The notes: generated by a model from the sequence alone, not told the origin. Numbered from the whole stretch's first letter, positions 23,452 to 37,414 are shown. The stretch is DNA of 63,624 nucleotides, filler included, from Licmophora abbreviata (GCA_900291995.1; 10 parts of 10 records of this genome joined end to end with filler, not necessarily neighbours in it), one strand, 5' to 3'. A program made the numbers and translations.

Positions 23452-24060
23452 GCTGGATTGTAACTTCTTGATCAAGTCTTCTAGTCGCATACGGTCATCC
23501 GAGTACGGATGATGACTGTTACACGAAGAAGAAGAAGAGGACAAGTCATCGCCGTCTGCAATCATGTGTGGTAGGTCACCGCCACAACGGTCAGTCGTGT
23601 NNNNNNNNNNNNNNNNNNNNNNNNNNNNNNNNNNNNNNNNNNNNTTAATTAATTAANNNNNNNNNNNNNNNNNNNNNNNNNNNNNNNNNNNNNNNNNNNN
23701 CGTGTCTGTGTTTCCATCCATTCGCTTCAATTGTCGTGTAATGATCCGAACACCCTCCGAGAGTCTCTCGAGAGCTTCTTTCGCTTCGGTCGCTTGTCGC
23801 CTCGCGTCCCGGAGGTGAAGCAGCAAATCTTGTTGTTGTGGCTTTTCGGGAGTAATGAGCGATGGGATTGGTGTAAAAGAGGACTTGTCACGTTCCATAC
23901 TGACGGTATGTGGTGCTGGATCGACAGCAAAACTGCTACTAGTAGGAGAGGAGTACGACGCAAACGAACCCGTCGAGGAGCAGGATCCGCCGGTCATGGT
24001 CCTGTCTCGATTACTATTTCTTCCAAGAGTAGTAATAGCAGAAGGGCTTTGTCGATGCAT
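22021..24060 (-). CDS. Hypothetical coiled-coil/low-complexity protein with poly-N and poly-Q tracts (spans a false gap)
   Basis: ORFs 23701-24060 and 22021-23565 merge in frame through a CGTGT overlap of the contig ends (..GNTDTTDRCGGDLPHMIAD..). Confidence 0.6.
22995..23031. repeat. (TTG)n microsatellite encoding poly-Q; a second (TTG)n tract at about 23419-23452 encodes poly-N
   Basis: Perfect trinucleotide runs visible in the sequence. Confidence 0.9.
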
Positions 24061-24635
24061 GTTTGTGATCTCGTTGTTGTTGAAGACTGCTAGAAACGTC
24101 TCTCTCTGGGAGCGACTCCGACAACCGATGACGAAGTTATAGATTGACGCAGTACAATCTGGAGGCTAGATTGGGTCGTGCAATCACATCAGTGCCTTCT
24201 AGTAGGGTGGTGTGAGTCTTGTGACGAAATATTTTGTGATGGCCCGCTGGCCGTCTTTGGCGATGGGTTTGCCGGCGTACTTCCTGACATTTTAGTGTTT
24301 AAACAATCTTGTATAAGTAAAGACGATTCCAAACGATCACTAGGTGCACCTCTACGAGCTTCGAGCTCCTATAATATACACGTTTAGAGACATTCCGAAT
24401 TCTATCGTGATGCACGTAGAAATCTGTAGACTTTCTACCAGCGCGGGTTGCGTGACGTTGACCGAAAGAGAGTTCGACAGTTTTTATATACAAAAAAGCG
24501 TTTCTTTCGAATGCGCTGTGTTGGATTTAGTTTCAGTGCCCATGACGACACTGCACCGAGGAAGAGACATCCATCATCCACAGTCTCGTCGTCGCCGTTT
24601 TCTTGTTGAAAAGCCATCCAATTTTCAAAAACATC

Positions 24636-26370
24636 ATGGAAGATCACGATCTGTCGGAAAGTAGCAATGACGGAGTTTCCTCAGGCCTGGACCATGTCTT
24701 GCTGGAAAGTATTTTCTACAATGAAATGATGATGCTCGGTGATACTGCTGCTAGTACCACTGCGAGCGACGCTACGGACGACCATTCCTTTCTTGCTTCG
24801 CTTCCAGAACTGCAGCCTACTGCTTCTCCTGTTCTTAACCATCACGATCTCAGTGCCTTTGCAGAACGAGCCATGCTGCACGACTTTGGAGTAGACGAAG
24901 CATCGACCAATACGAATCGCAGCAGCAGTACTAGAAATGGAAATGGTTCTGTAGGATCCGTATCTTTGCAAGCAAGCCCAACGACTGCTACCGGATCAAG
25001 TACCCCTTACGAATTTCATTCATCGCCCACTGAGGAAGAAGTGTCTCAAGAACGACGCGCGCAGCAACTCGTGTCGCAATTTGCTACCCTTGCCTCCCGA
25101 CTGGGAATCTCCTTGCCCCCGACCGTCTTGTCGTCTCTCACTGCCACAGCTGCTGCCAATGAAGCGAAAACAACAACAGCGAGCACTTCTGCAAACTCCA
25201 TCCTTGTTCCACCACCGACCGCGATGCCCGCTGCTACTAGGACTAGTACTACTGCGAATCGTGTTGTTGCAACGACTGAACTACCGGTGACGACGACGAC
25301 GACGGCATCTGAAAATGCTGCTTCGACGACATCGCTTGCTGCTACTTCCGAAAGAGTAGTACCCTCCTCTTCGACAGACAACAAAATTGTGCTTCCTCTA
25401 CTTCAACAGCTCCAGAGTACGGCCGAAGCTTCCATTGCTGCCGTCTCTCGCAAACGCCAGGCTCCCGATGCTCCCGCCACTTCGTCCTCCTCGCTCCCTC
25501 CACCTTCCAAAACCGAAGGCTCCTCTACTACTGCAAACAATACTAAACAGTTGTATTATTCTAAACGCCGCAAAAAGCCTCAACTCTCCGATTGCGAATC
25601 GAAACTGGCGCAACTCAAGGAAGAGAATGACATGCTCCAGCGGCATTTGGACAGTATTGCCACGCGATCGACCAAGCTTCAGCGGGAACGCAAGGAGGCG
25701 GAACAAGAGATGCGGCGGCGCTTGCAACAGGGGGATACGTCCACGACCTTGAGGCCGCTTTTGGAGAAGTTTAGTGAAATGTACTCGGATTATGGGCAGC
25801 ATCGACATGAGGAATTGTCCTTTCATTTGGGGCAACTGGAAAAGTGAGTTTGTATTGGTATACAGTGGGTGTGTGGTGGTGTGTGCCAATGTAATTCTCA
25901 TATCCACCGCACGCTAACACGTGCCTTCGGTCGTTAGACTTGTCGCTCCGACGAACTTTACCAAGATGGGTCTTTGGACACTGGGTCAGAGCGAAGGCTT
26001 TTACACGAACCCAAAACGCAATCCCATTGCTGGCATTCTTCGCAAGGAGCTCAACATCTCGCCCGCGCAGGGACGAAAAATCATGGAACAGCGACAAAAG
26101 ATACGGGATGTATGTGCGAATGTAAAGGAGTGTTTGGTTTTGTTGGGGAAACTCAAGGGCCTGTGTGAGCATAAACAGAAAGTGTTTGCCGATCGCATGT
26201 CAAAGTGTCAAGAAATATTGACGCCGCTGCAGGTTGTGAAATTGTTATTATGGGTGGACGAGCATTCGCAAGTATTGGAGAGTGTGTGTCCGGGATGGGG
26301 GTCGGAGCGGATTCGACCGAAGGAACCACCGTCCAAACCGCCCGCGACGGATGCGTCTCCACCGTCGTGA
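24636..26370 (+). CDS. bZIP-like transcription factor (diatom type)
   Basis: Basic region SKRRKKPQL followed by leucine heptads (LAQLKEENDMLQRHL); C-terminal PTNFTKMGLW and ILTPLQVVKLLLWV domain; intron 25844-25937. Confidence 0.7.
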
Positions 26371-26483
26371 GAAGGATCGCATCGAACGTTGGCAAGACTA
26401 CTAGCTATTGACTAATGACTACTGCTATGGATTGTGAATTGTGCTACAGCGACAGAAACTACATTTATGGTAATAGCGCTAGC

Positions 26484-28373
26484 TCAAGACGCTTTTTCTG
26501 TGTTGGGCTCTACCTCCCTCCAGCGACAAGCCTCCACTACCTCCCACGCTGCTTGGGCGGCCCTCGAATGATGTTCCAATTCTTGCAGCAGTCCACACGT
26601 CTTGGCATCCATCTGCGCCGCCGCCCTGGCCTCACTCATGGGTGGTGCACCCTTGGCCAGCGCCAGCCACACTGGAATGTACTCGGGCGCATATCCTCTC
26701 CCGACGACGCAGTCGTCAATCTTGGCGCGACACGTGTCGTCGTGAGAGCGCACGAGAAGATTGCGAGCCCGTGTGCGGCTGTTGGTATACTCAAACTCGC
26801 GGCGCTTGATGCGTCGCATCAACTCACGTGCGCGACTTGGAAACAAATTGGCGACGCTCACGTCCATATCCAACGACAGCATCGATGGAACGTTGGTGGG
26901 AGCATGGTCTTGCTCCGCGGCAGAGGTAGTGGCTTGAGCCATCATGGTCGCCTCTTGCTCAAGTGTCAGTGACGCAGTATCCTTGCTCATTATGTATGTG
27001 AGAGTCACGGGTGTCACGCTCGCGTCAGTCAATAGCTGTTTGGATAGCAAAAGCTGTTGCACATCAGCAAAGTTGAGCTTCTCGCACCCAAACAAGGATT
27101 GAAGCAGCTTGTCACAAACGATGACACTCGGCTCATTCTTGTCACACAAGTGATGGTGTTGAATATAGGTAAAAAGACCCATGATTACATCCTTCATACG
27201 AATCGTGGGCGGCACAAACATGTCATTGTCGAGTGGAATCGGAGGCGTATCGTCCTTTTCTTCTTCCATGACGGGGCTCGAGCGACGTCGCTTCTTCTTG
27301 GATTTCTTCTTGGTTGTGGTAGCGGGTGGTATTGGTGAGTGTTGAGGGAAGAGTGCATCCGATAGCTGCGGAGAACAAAGAAAGAGAGGTTCAGATCCAG
27401 TTCGGGGGTAGAGCTGGATTGTTGCCACAACGCTGTGCACTTGCTGGTTCAAGGGATCCCGCGGCGGCGGTGTCATGTACGGGAGTAGAAAGGCATGGGC
27501 ATCCTGATCGGTGGTGGCCGCAGTGGCATCGTAGAATCGGCGCGCTTCCCCGGTACTCGGAGGGCGATTCCACGTCAGTGACGATGTCTCGCTCGTCGTA
27601 AGGAGTCGCTCGTCGAGTGCCGCCACAACTTGCGGAGATGACTTTTGCTTCTTCTTGGCACTATTGCGTCCCTTCTTCTTGGGTGTAGTCGTATTGGCTT
27701 TCGGAGGAGACGGCTGTTTGACAAGAGGCTGATAGACAGTCTGAAAGGAGACCGCCACCTTGTCAAAAAAGTGCGTAAATTCAATCGGCTCCACCTCTCC
27801 CTCACCCTCTTGCTCATTCTTGCCGCGGTAGAGTGTGCGGTCTGTACTGCGCGTCAACAGAGCATCGTGCGAAAAAGTAGACCCAAGATCGTGTGGTTGC
27901 TGTTGCTTCGAGCCGGGCGTCGATGCTGTCGATATTTTACCCTCTTGCTGCTGCAATGCTTTGTCTCGTGCTTCCTGTTCAATCTGCTCTACGCTCTGGT
28001 GATCCAAGTGTCCCACCAAGAGCTTTCCTTCAATCACCAACGTCCACTTGTGCTGTTGCTGCTGCATGAGATCGTCCGGTTGCTGCTGCGGTTGGGACAT
28101 GCTGATTCCTCCTGTACCGCCACTACTAGTAGTAGTAGCAGCAGTACGTTCGGTCTCGTGATGCGTCACAAAGAGCCGCAAATGAGACGGTCGGTGCGTA
28201 CTCGTTTCACCTAGTAGATTGGCAATCCTTCGGCGTTTGCGCAGAACGTTTTCGTCCATGCGTCTTTCAAATTCGTCGATTCGAGAATACATGTCTTGAT
28301 TCAGTATCATGTCGAGTCGAGAAGAGGCGAAATAGGACGGAGATTCGGCTCTGACAGGGGGAGACGATGCCAT
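26484..28373 (-). CDS. SWIB/MDM2-domain SWI/SNF subunit (SMARCD/BAF60-like)
   Basis: HLRLFVTH, KWTLVIEGKLL, FTHFFDKVAV and SWIB core GLFTYIQHHHLCDKNEPSVIVCDKLLQSLFG. Confidence 0.85.
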   Translation of the reverse strand: MASSPPVRAESPSYFASSRLDMILNQDMYSRIDEFERRMDENVLRKRRRIANLLGETSTHRPSHLRLFVTHHETERTAATTTSSGGTGGISMSQPQQQPDDLMQQQQHKWTLVIEGKLLVGHLDHQSVEQIEQEARDKALQQQEGKISTASTPGSKQQQPHDLGSTFSHDALLTRSTDRTLYRGKNEQEGEGEVEPIEFTHFFDKVAVSFQTVYQPLVKQPSPPKANTTTPKKKGRNSAKKKQKSSPQVVAALDERLLTTSETSSLTWNRPPSTGEARRFYDATAATTDQDAHAFLLPYMTPPPRDPLNQQVHSVVATIQLYPRTGSEPLFLCSPQLSDALFPQHSPIPPATTTKKKSKKKRRRSSPVMEEEKDDTPPIPLDNDMFVPPTIRMKDVIMGLFTYIQHHHLCDKNEPSVIVCDKLLQSLFGCEKLNFADVQQLLLSKQLLTDASVTPVTLTYIMSKDTASLTLEQEATMMAQATTSAAEQDHAPTNVPSMLSLDMDVSVANLFPSRARELMRRIKRREFEYTNSRTRARNLLVRSHDDTCRAKIDDCVVGRGYAPEYIPVWLALAKGAPPMSEARAAAQMDAKTCGLLQELEHHSRAAQAAWEVVEACRWREVEPNTEKAS

Positions 28374-28667
28374 GGTGATGCTGTGTGAGGTTCGTCGCTG
28401 TGGCAAAAAGTGAGTTTTGAGTTGTTGTCCGGCCACAAATCAATCCTGGACAACGCGTGCAATAATTGACGAGCTAATTGTTGATGATAACTCTCAATAG
28501 ACTTCGCGCACAAAAATGTCGGAACAAAAAAGTGCGAGCCCAAACAAAATCTTCGACCATGATGGCGGCACAGTATATGATTATCAAGTCGACGGCCCTG
28601 AACTTCGGGCGACATATCGAATTCACCACGCTTGTTATGGATGTCGCGTCGAAAATTGAACCCCCAA

Positions 28668-30066
28668 ATGAAGGACTCTTGGATTTTACCTGATTGGAGT
28701 CTCGACGACACCAACGACGACGATGCTCACGATAGTTTGGCTGAATCCAGTCACACTTCCAGACCGACGGCTTTGCCATTTTGGCTTCTTCGCACCACCG
28801 ATTCCTGTCGGAAGAAGCGTGCTATGCGGTCCAAGAGAGGATTCCTCTTTTGTTCCGTGGACAATTCGAGACGGGAATCTACCCTGACGAGTGGCATTGG
28901 AGGTACGTCTGTTGTCTAGTCTAGTCTACTACTCTTTGCACGCCATCTCTCACGTTTCGCTTCATCCTATACATCTCATTGGTTGTTATTGCTATTGTTT
29001 GTAGACAAGGAATCAGCCTGCCTCATGTGACTCGAGAAATTTGCAATGCTTGGAAATCAGATCCGACGATTGCTTCCATTGTACTCAGTGAGAAACTCGC
29101 AAAGTTTGTGGCCATGCAGATGCAATGGGACAGTGTCCGAATCGCTCAAGACGACCTGATTTGGAAACCTCCATCATCTGTCATCCATACGAATGATGAG
29201 GAAACTACCACTAACAAAACAGTCGTGGGATTCCATCAAGACTCGGCGTACATCTCGTCACAGTTTACCACGTCTCATCATCGTCCGAGCGACAACATTT
29301 CGGTGACGGTCTGGATGGCGTTGGACGATGTAGACGGAGCAACGGGCAGTGTCGAATATGCCGTTGGATCCCACAAGTGGGAACGAAACAATACGACCCA
29401 TGGTAGTAGTAGCAACAGTACAGCCATAACAGGAGAGCCCGATGATACCGCAATTCCAACGTCACAGGTAAGAAGAAGCGCCGGATACGGCGCCATGATG
29501 ACGATTGTGGCAGCTGCAATGCACGACACCCTCACACTCCCACGCCGTGCGAAACGTCTCTATAGGAATCATCATTCTTTCATGACTGTACGGCTGAAAA
29601 TTACAAACGCTCTATTCCTACGTGTCCTAATTCGCACCATCAGTCAGAAGTAGTATCCACAGTGGTGAAACAGGGACATGCAATACTTCATCACCAAGAT
29701 GTGTGGCATGGTTCCGGACCGAATCGATCCAGCAGTCGTCACCGGCGAGCACTGGTGGTACATTACATACGAGGGGATGTGCAGTTTCGAAGTGATCGTG
29801 ATGGTATGAATACGCGTGCTCAGCCAGAGTTTAGCTCGGATATACTACGACGACGCGACTCACCCGTTCATTCATTCTACTGTTCACGTCCAGAAGGTCG
29901 CATCAGCACTCCCTGGGGACCCTCCAGCTACATATACGGTCGCTATAGAAGGTTTGGCAGTACAGAGGTAGATGAGAATTTCTTTCCAATAGTGTTCGCG
30001 GCTCCTCAGTCAGCCCTAAAGCGAACGAGTTGGGTGGACGATTACATCGTTGGCGCAGTTATATAA
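28668..30066 (+). CDS. Phytanoyl-CoA dioxygenase (PhyH) family 2OG-Fe(II) oxygenase; frameshift at 28744
   Basis: FETGIYPDEWHWR, REICNAWKSD, FHQDSAY (HxD), VWMALDD, HHQDVWHGSGPN..RRALVVH; introns 28903-29004 and 29468-29565. Confidence 0.85.
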
Positions 30067-30321
30067 AGGATGGCTTATGGTTTAGAGCCTGCGTGAATGT
30101 CTTGAAAGAGCCGTCTCGTCATCCTTATCGACCATCAACTTGGAAAGAAAGTTTGTTCTTCTTTTTCCTCGGGTGCAGCCCCTCATTCAACCGAATGACG
30201 GCGCGCGCGCATAGTTCGGTGATAGCGAACCCCGATGCGAAGCACAGGTGTGACGTCAGTGATGATGCAGTTTTCAATTTCGAAAGAATATCTTTTCACC
30301 ACATCCATCAGCATCGCGACC

Positions 30322-31513
30322 ATGAGAATCCTCGTCAACGCTCCTATATTAGTTCTGACGCTCTTCTGGGCATTCCCCAGCACTATTGCTTGGACGCCCA
30401 GAAGATTCAGCTCTTGCCGTCGTCAGAAGTCATCGTTGTTGTCAATGACGACGTTCCCGGCGTCAACGAGAGAAGCACTGCTGAAAAAGCAGAAATCCAT
30501 TGATCCTTCGTTTGTTGCCGACAGCGGCGGCAGCTACTCCAGCGTGGGCTGGAGCAATCGCGCGGGGACAGTTTTGACACCGGCTGCTATCCCTGGAGTA
30601 TATACGGCCGATAGACCCTTCTACTGGAACAAGATTGATGTCGGTTGTCGGATGACTGTCATCGAGTTGCAAAAGAGCAACGACAATCAGGAGAACAAAC
30701 CACACTTGTGGGTCCACTCACCGGTATCACTGGATGGACCATTGAGAGAGGCCATCGATAGGCTTGGGACTGTCAAACACATTGTTACTCCCAATTATGA
30801 GCATCTCAAGTTTGCTGCACAATGGGCGAATTCGTATCCCGACGCCAGCATGTGGGCGTGCCCAGGATTGATGGAACGAATGCCCGAGGTAGATTGGAAG
30901 GGTGAGATGCCATTTTTCTGTCGTCCTCCAGACTGGTCAGGAAGCGATTCGCGAGCCCCAATGGAGTGCTGGGATTGGAATGAGATTCAACCGTTGCATG
31001 TTGACTGCGAAGTGAATCCAGTAACGAACAAGCCATTCTTCAATGAAGTCACGTTTTATCATTCTCCATCCAAAACGCTATTGACGACAGATCTGTATTG
31101 GAACTATCCCAAGAGCGACGGTGTGACCAATTCCAACTACCGGGATATTTCGAGCATAGAGGAAGATTTGGGGGTATGGGAGCTGGCACCTGCAATGGAG
31201 AAGATTCCATTTGGATCTCAACTGTGGAAGGTGAGTGAGCATTTTGTCAGAACTGGAAAAGCGATATTACCTTTGCTTGCTCACACTAGTCTAATGCTGC
31301 TTTTTTCATCATTAGAATGCAATGGACAAGCTTTATAGACCTCTGTACATGAATGTCATGATTAAGCAGGATAAACGGCCCGAGTTCAGAGCTATTGCCG
31401 AGTTTCTCGTTGATGGCTGGGACGTGGAGACTGTCATTCCAGCGCATGGAGACATTATTCGGGGTAAAACCTTCATTCGGAGCGTCTTTCGAGACTTCTT
31501 TACTCTCAATTAG
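30322..31513 (+). CDS. DUF4336-family metallo-beta-lactamase-fold protein with plastid-type presequence
   Basis: RMTVIEL, LWVHSPV, TPNYEHLK, FFNEVTFYH..SKTLLTTD, VIPAHGD; presequence TIA-W; intron 31231-31315. Confidence 0.75.
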
Positions 31514-31638
31514 AAGTTGCCACTCTTCTTACATTAGCAGAGGACTGGCATAACGGTGCAAGCTAAACTACAACATACATATGAAAGTCGAGTACTTTCT
31601 CGTAGTCTAGACAAAAACAGCATGCTTTGCTGGTTACT

Positions 31639-34600
31639 TCAACGGGAATGTTGTCCTGCCATGCTACGGCCCTCCTCGACGGCGACCATTTCCGTTTCTA
31701 CCGGTCCGACAGTCACTCCGTTTGGCGCATCGTCTGCTTCGTCCTCCACGTCACCAGGATCGGCCGCGTTACTGGCGTTCCGTTGCTGTCTCAATCGCTG
31801 CTCCTGACGCCGCAGGACTTGGAGAATGTTGGCAACTTCACTGTGAAAATCGTCACGGCGCAAGGCTCGCTGCAATGGATTGCCAGTATTTGGAGTTACA
31901 GCGTTCATGTCCGAAGCGCTGGTGTCTCCATCGGGAAGCGAGGATGGAATGTCGGCTCGGCATACTGGACACGTGCGCGCCTGTGTTAACCACTCTTGTA
32001 GGCAGCGTTTGTGAGTCACGTGTTGGCATTCTGTAGCAACGATAGCTTCGCCTGCTACAAAGTCGCCCATGCAAATCTGATGATTGAGGTATTGCAAGGG
32101 TCAAATCAGTAGTGTGAGATGAGCGTGTCGGTGGGGAAAATAGATTAGATCACATGGCATGGCTGATAGTCACTTACACAACACTCGGTCGGGTATTCGT
32201 CGGGAAACTCTTCCAGTAGGACGGTACGCAGCTGATCGATGCAATGCGGTGGTGCACCATTGTTCGTATAGGCCGACGGAAATACTCCAGGAAATGGGGC
32301 ACTATCCCTCTCTCGATTGACATCGGTACCAGGAGAGTATCCATTCAAAGTCAATAGAGTCGCCACAAAACAGAATGGAACGAGGTAGCCCAAGACGATT
32401 GTCGACCACGCAGCGATCGACACGCATACAAACACTGTACTTGACTGGAACAGTTCAGAAGCTGTTTTGGAACACGTTTCTTCCTCTTGTATCCACACGC
32501 TTTGGATGCCCATCCGAAGAACAAGCAGAGCATAGATCAGCTGACAGTGAACAACATGAGAGAATAGTGTGAGCGACGATTTTTGGAGACACAGAGCTAT
32601 ACGAAGCTCCATAGCGCAACGTACATAAGCAATGTTGTACGCGATGACACGAGCTGGTACTCTTTCGTTCGAGCTCGTCTCCCATCGGAAAATGCATCTC
32701 ATAATGTCGGCGCGAAACACATCTAGAATGAGCTGAAGCGTGGCTAACCAGTAGTATGGCTTCAGGGGGACGTCGCAAGGCTAGAGTTGACGCAAACGAA
32801 ATCGTCAGTAAAATGCGTAAACATAATAGCAGTGGCAATCATCCACCTGCATCCTCAAATGTCACTCGTACCTTATCGATCGATACGACATATGCACTCG
32901 TCAATACCACCCAACAGACCAAAACCGCAAACAGCAGCAAACTAAAAATGAGCGCCACAATGGTAATGATGAGCTGGAATCGTCGATTGATCCTAATCCA
33001 TCTCATGCGAGCGTCTCGATTCGGATCATGCTCTTCCTCGCCTTCCTCGTCTGAATTCGGAGATGCATCCGCACCCGCAATGAGCGTGGTCGTCGTCTCG
33101 GCAATGCTGCTCTCATCGGCATCTACGATACGGTCCGAAGCCGACACCGTTTCCTGTGACAGTTCTCTCGATTGCTGTTGCTGCTGCTGCTGCTGCTGCG
33201 AGTGGAAAAACGAAGAGTTCAATGCTGCTGTCGACAAATGTGCCGGTATGGATGACGGCACAGGAGTCGAGTTCCCAGAATCTGTTCCTCTCTCATTGTC
33301 TTCCGAGTCTCGACTCAGTGTTCGTCGTCGTCGAAATGCACGAGCCCCCTGCGAGAAGAAGCTCTGTATACGATGCTGATCGGGTTCGGATAAGGCACGC
33401 TGTCGCGGACTGTGTATGTCCTCCCCCTCATCTTCCAGTATCGACGGTGGATAGACGGATGCTGATGAGGAGCGATGGGATTGGCGAAATATGGAACCTT
33501 CATCCGAGTCAAAATAATGATGCTGTCCCCGTGGATCAGTTCCAGCATTGGTCAAGGCAAACAAATCCTCGTCTCCCAATGCCAGTGTCGAGGTATCCGC
33601 GGCATGCTCTCGTTGCCAACGACGCGCGGCACGAGAGGATCGATGCGTCGAAGCTGCTGCAGCGGACGAGGGAGTCGGCGCCCGTGATCGTACCCATCGC
33701 CGGACCGCCGCCATGCCGGTATCGAGCGAGGCTAGCAGTCCCGTCGGGTTATGTTCCTCGACAGTCGAAGGCATACTGGGAAGAGTCGTCGCTGATATCG
33801 TTGTGCTGGATGACAATCCTCCCGCAGATGCGCTGCGACGTGTGCGAATTGCAGATCTCTCTTGTCGTGACGGGGCAGATGCAGTTCGAGGAAACCTTCG
33901 CCTGTTCGAGCCTCGGACTGTTCGCCGCCGATGGGCATAGGATCCAGAAGACGAAGAAGAATTCGAAGCAGTGTTGGTACTTTCATTCATTTCCGATACT
34001 GCATCCTGGGGAAGGGGAGGACGCGTATTGGCAAAGGCAACAGGCACGTTTGTCGTCATCACGGCCGTGCCACCGCACGCAATGTCGTCTAGCAGTGATA
34101 CATCTTGGTAGGATCGTTCCTCTTCGGCATCACTGGCATCGACCTCACCGACTTCATCGCTGTACTTTTGATACTTGTAAGAATATGGATTGACTGGATG
34201 CGGCGACCGCCGAGCTTCTCTCGAAAACATGGATCGCTTCGCTGATGATGGTCGAGTTGATGTTTCTGCATCAGTCTCTGTCGTTGTGGCAATCATGGAC
34301 GCTGCTGCTGCATCGACCAACGACGAACACATGGAGGTATTGTTAAGATCGTCATTGACGTCTTCATCATTCTCGTCCGTCGAAGATGGTTGTCGTCGCA
34401 ACTGTCCGACCATGTCCCAATTCACGTCGTAATCATAGGGCGATGCTAGAAGAGGAGGCGTTGCTGGTTGACCCACTTCCTCCTTCTGAATTTCCTCTTC
34501 CTCTTCTTCTGATTCAAGGGTAGAATGGTAGCCGTCGTTGTCTTCATTTTCGGTGAATGATTCTCCATCGTTGGCAGGACGCCCGCGTCGTCGTGTTCCA

Positions 34601-35108
34601 AAGATCAAGTCTAAATCATCATCCTTCAAAGCGGATGCTGATGCGGAAGCACTACTAACAATGGGAGGATCTGCATGTTCGTCATGCATCAAGAGCTGCA
34701 ATACATCATCATCATCGTGTACCAAGACAGCAGAAGTATCAAGCGGGGACAAGGACCGACCATCGTGAGGTTCNNNNNNNNNNNNNNNNNNNNNNNNNNN
34801 NNNNNNNNNNNNNNNNNTTAATTAATTAANNNNNNNNNNNNNNNNNNNNNNNNNNNNNNNNNNNNNNNNNNNNGGGACAAGGACCGACCATCGTGAGGTC
34901 CGCCTTCCTTCGTCGTCGAATCCTCCTCCAGAGCAGCAGCAGCAGCCGACATGTGCATCACCAATGGAGAAATTCCAATGGTACGCTGTCCCGCCGTCTG
35001 AGCCTCTTTCTCCTCTTCTTCTCTGTTCGAAGTGTCAACAACCGTCGCAGTGTGAAAGGCATCGAGAGGTCTCGCGCCTCGTCGTTGTCGCTCCTCCTCG
35101 GAACTCAT
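31639..35108 (-). CDS. Membrane-anchored RING-H2-type E3 ubiquitin ligase (spans a false gap)
   Basis: Long disordered N-terminus, TM helices, PCDVPLKPYYW, C-terminal CCIC..TECQHVTHKRCLQEWL..RTCPVCR; three GT-AG introns (first 32871-32781); contig ends at 34774/34873 share about 25 nt and merge in frame. Confidence 0.8.
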
Positions 35109-35789
35109 GTAGTCTGCAGAATGAATTTCAAAATTAGTACTCCAAATTTATACTCCAAATTTACAGAAGAGTTCAATTCCAAATTCGCTCGTTTCAATTT
35201 TGCATGCCATGCGTTTTCGTTCGCTCGCTCGTTCGCTCGTTCTTTTCCCTTCTAAGCTGGTGTAGTGTACTGTGTCTCCTCTAAAGTAGAGAGGCGCTAC
35301 AGTAAGGCCAATGCGACCGCAGAATAGTTTGGAACGAATGAATGAATCCTGGCATCACACACACAGCCGGAACGGGGGCTGAGGTTAGCGAAGAGAGGAA
35401 AAAGACGCGCGATGGAATGAGGCTGGCGATGCGCTTTCCTATCGTACTTATGATAAGTGTATCATTGGCATTTATGGGAATGAAATTGTATCTACGTATA
35501 TGTATTCACAATGACCGTGACATACTTAAAGATGTCGTTCATTGATTCCCGTATGAGGAGGATTCGAATCGATTGATTTGATTCATTCCATTCGCTTGGA
35601 GTTCGTAGACTAAACGTACCCACCAAAAGCTATTGTTGAGGGTGATTGTTACCTATCATGACAAGCACCACAGTGACCTTCTAAAGCCACTGTGGGGGAT
35701 GGACTTTCGCGTGACGGCAACCGAGACTCCATTCACTCTCTATAGAGCTCATCATCATTATCAGTACCAGGTACACTCATGCATATCTA

Positions 35790-37023
35790 TCATGGCCGCT
35801 CATACCAAACGGCATCATTCTCCGGTCGGTGAATAAACTCAGTCTGAAAGACCAAAAGTTCCTCGCGTTTCCAAATTTAAGATCAAATGCCTCCTTGTCC
35901 GCCGGCTCGCCAATACAAAAGATCGAAGTCCCGCTTCCCGACATCATGACATGCTGGAATCCCTCCACCTGCATCAATTCCGACTTTAGAATAGCGAGTT
36001 CCGGAACACACGTAAATGCCGGTGCTTCCAGGTCATTAATGTACTTGGAGTCGGCAATATCTTCCACACCCTCATCGATAAAGTCTTGCAACAATACTTT
36101 TGGATCTGCTGTTGACAATGCGTCGTAGTCCAAGGCCTTGAAGACTGCTGGGGTCGACAATCCAATCTTGGATGGCTTTACAATGCAAACTTTTGTTCCT
36201 GCGGGGAGTGGTGGATCGATGGGTGTCATGATTTCACCTCGGCCCGTGCAGTAGGCTGTCCCTCTTGACAAGAAGAAGGTTATGTCCGATCCCAGCTCGG
36301 CGGACCATTCGACAAGCTAGAATAAATAAAACACGAAACAAATGAGACAGGAATTTTGACATGTCAGACAAATGCTCTCGTTCACCATGTGCTAAAACCC
36401 GACCAGGTGCTTACTTGTTCTGTTGTCGCAGGCCTTCCCATGAGTGCATTGGCCCCAAACATGGCCGTCGCGGCATTCGCCGACCCACCCCCAAGTCCCG
36501 CCTGCGCGGGAACCGACTTGATCAAGTTGGCACTAAAGTAGGCATCCGTCTGTCCCGTCTTGGTACGCATGAGATCCAAGGCTCTCAATACCAAATTCGT
36601 CTTATCCACCGGTACTCCCTCCATGTTGCACGTGAACGAGTCGCATCGTTCGCCTGGCGCAGTAGTATCATCCTTGTTCAAGCAAGTCAATTCGAGTGTG
36701 TCTCCAAAGCCAATACTTTGAAATAAGGAAGCTAAATCGTGATAGCCGTCCTCTCGTTTTCGAAGGATGCGAAGAAAAAGATTGATTTTGCAAGGAGAAA
36801 AGAGAGTCAAGGAGGGAGAAGACGCGGCTGCTGTCGACGAAGAGGAAGTTTTCGCGGATGACGACGATGCGTGCAAGACCCCACGTCCGAATCGACTGCT
36901 TCTACTGCTACTGCTGCTGCTGCTGTGATGAGCCACCGTCGCAAAGCCAGAAACGGTACTGGTAGCAAAAGAAACCAGTAGACATGTCACAGTCCAGCGT
37001 TGTAGTGTCATGATCGTCATCAT
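35790..37023 (-). CDS. ispE: 4-diphosphocytidyl-2-C-methyl-D-erythritol kinase (MEP pathway), plastid-targeted; homopolymer frameshift at 35868-35870
   Basis: SPCKINLFLRILRKREDGYHDLASLFQ, VPAQAGLGGGSANAAT, GSDITFF, NDLE.PAF, MMSGSGTS; presequence VSG-F; intron about 36318-36414; adding one A restores the C-terminus ..VFQTEFIHRPENDAVWYERP*. Confidence 0.95.
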
Positions 37024-37414
37024 CAGGCTGATGGCTGTGATGGTGTGTCGTTGAAGTGATGGCGCGCCGCGATCTTTTTTGGTGAGTTTTGGTTCGGGCG
37101 GTAGCTGATGCTCTCACGCGTCTAATGTGCTGCCGCCACGTGGAATCTATTTTTAAGAAATCCTTATCCCTCGTCGGCCGTCACCACCATGACGACTGGA
37201 GATTTGATTTGTTGCATGTCGCGACGCCGCCATCAGATTGATTCGCAGTTCACGATGCTGTGTGCATGCATCGTCTGGTATTCTAGTTCGTACTTTACTA
37301 CAGGCGTTCGTCAAACAGAGTGCACGAGAGTGTATCTTGTGCTGGATGCGACGCAGAACGTCAATCGAAAAAGAAGGCACAACAAGCATCGGTGCGTCGT
37401 CTACAGCACATCAG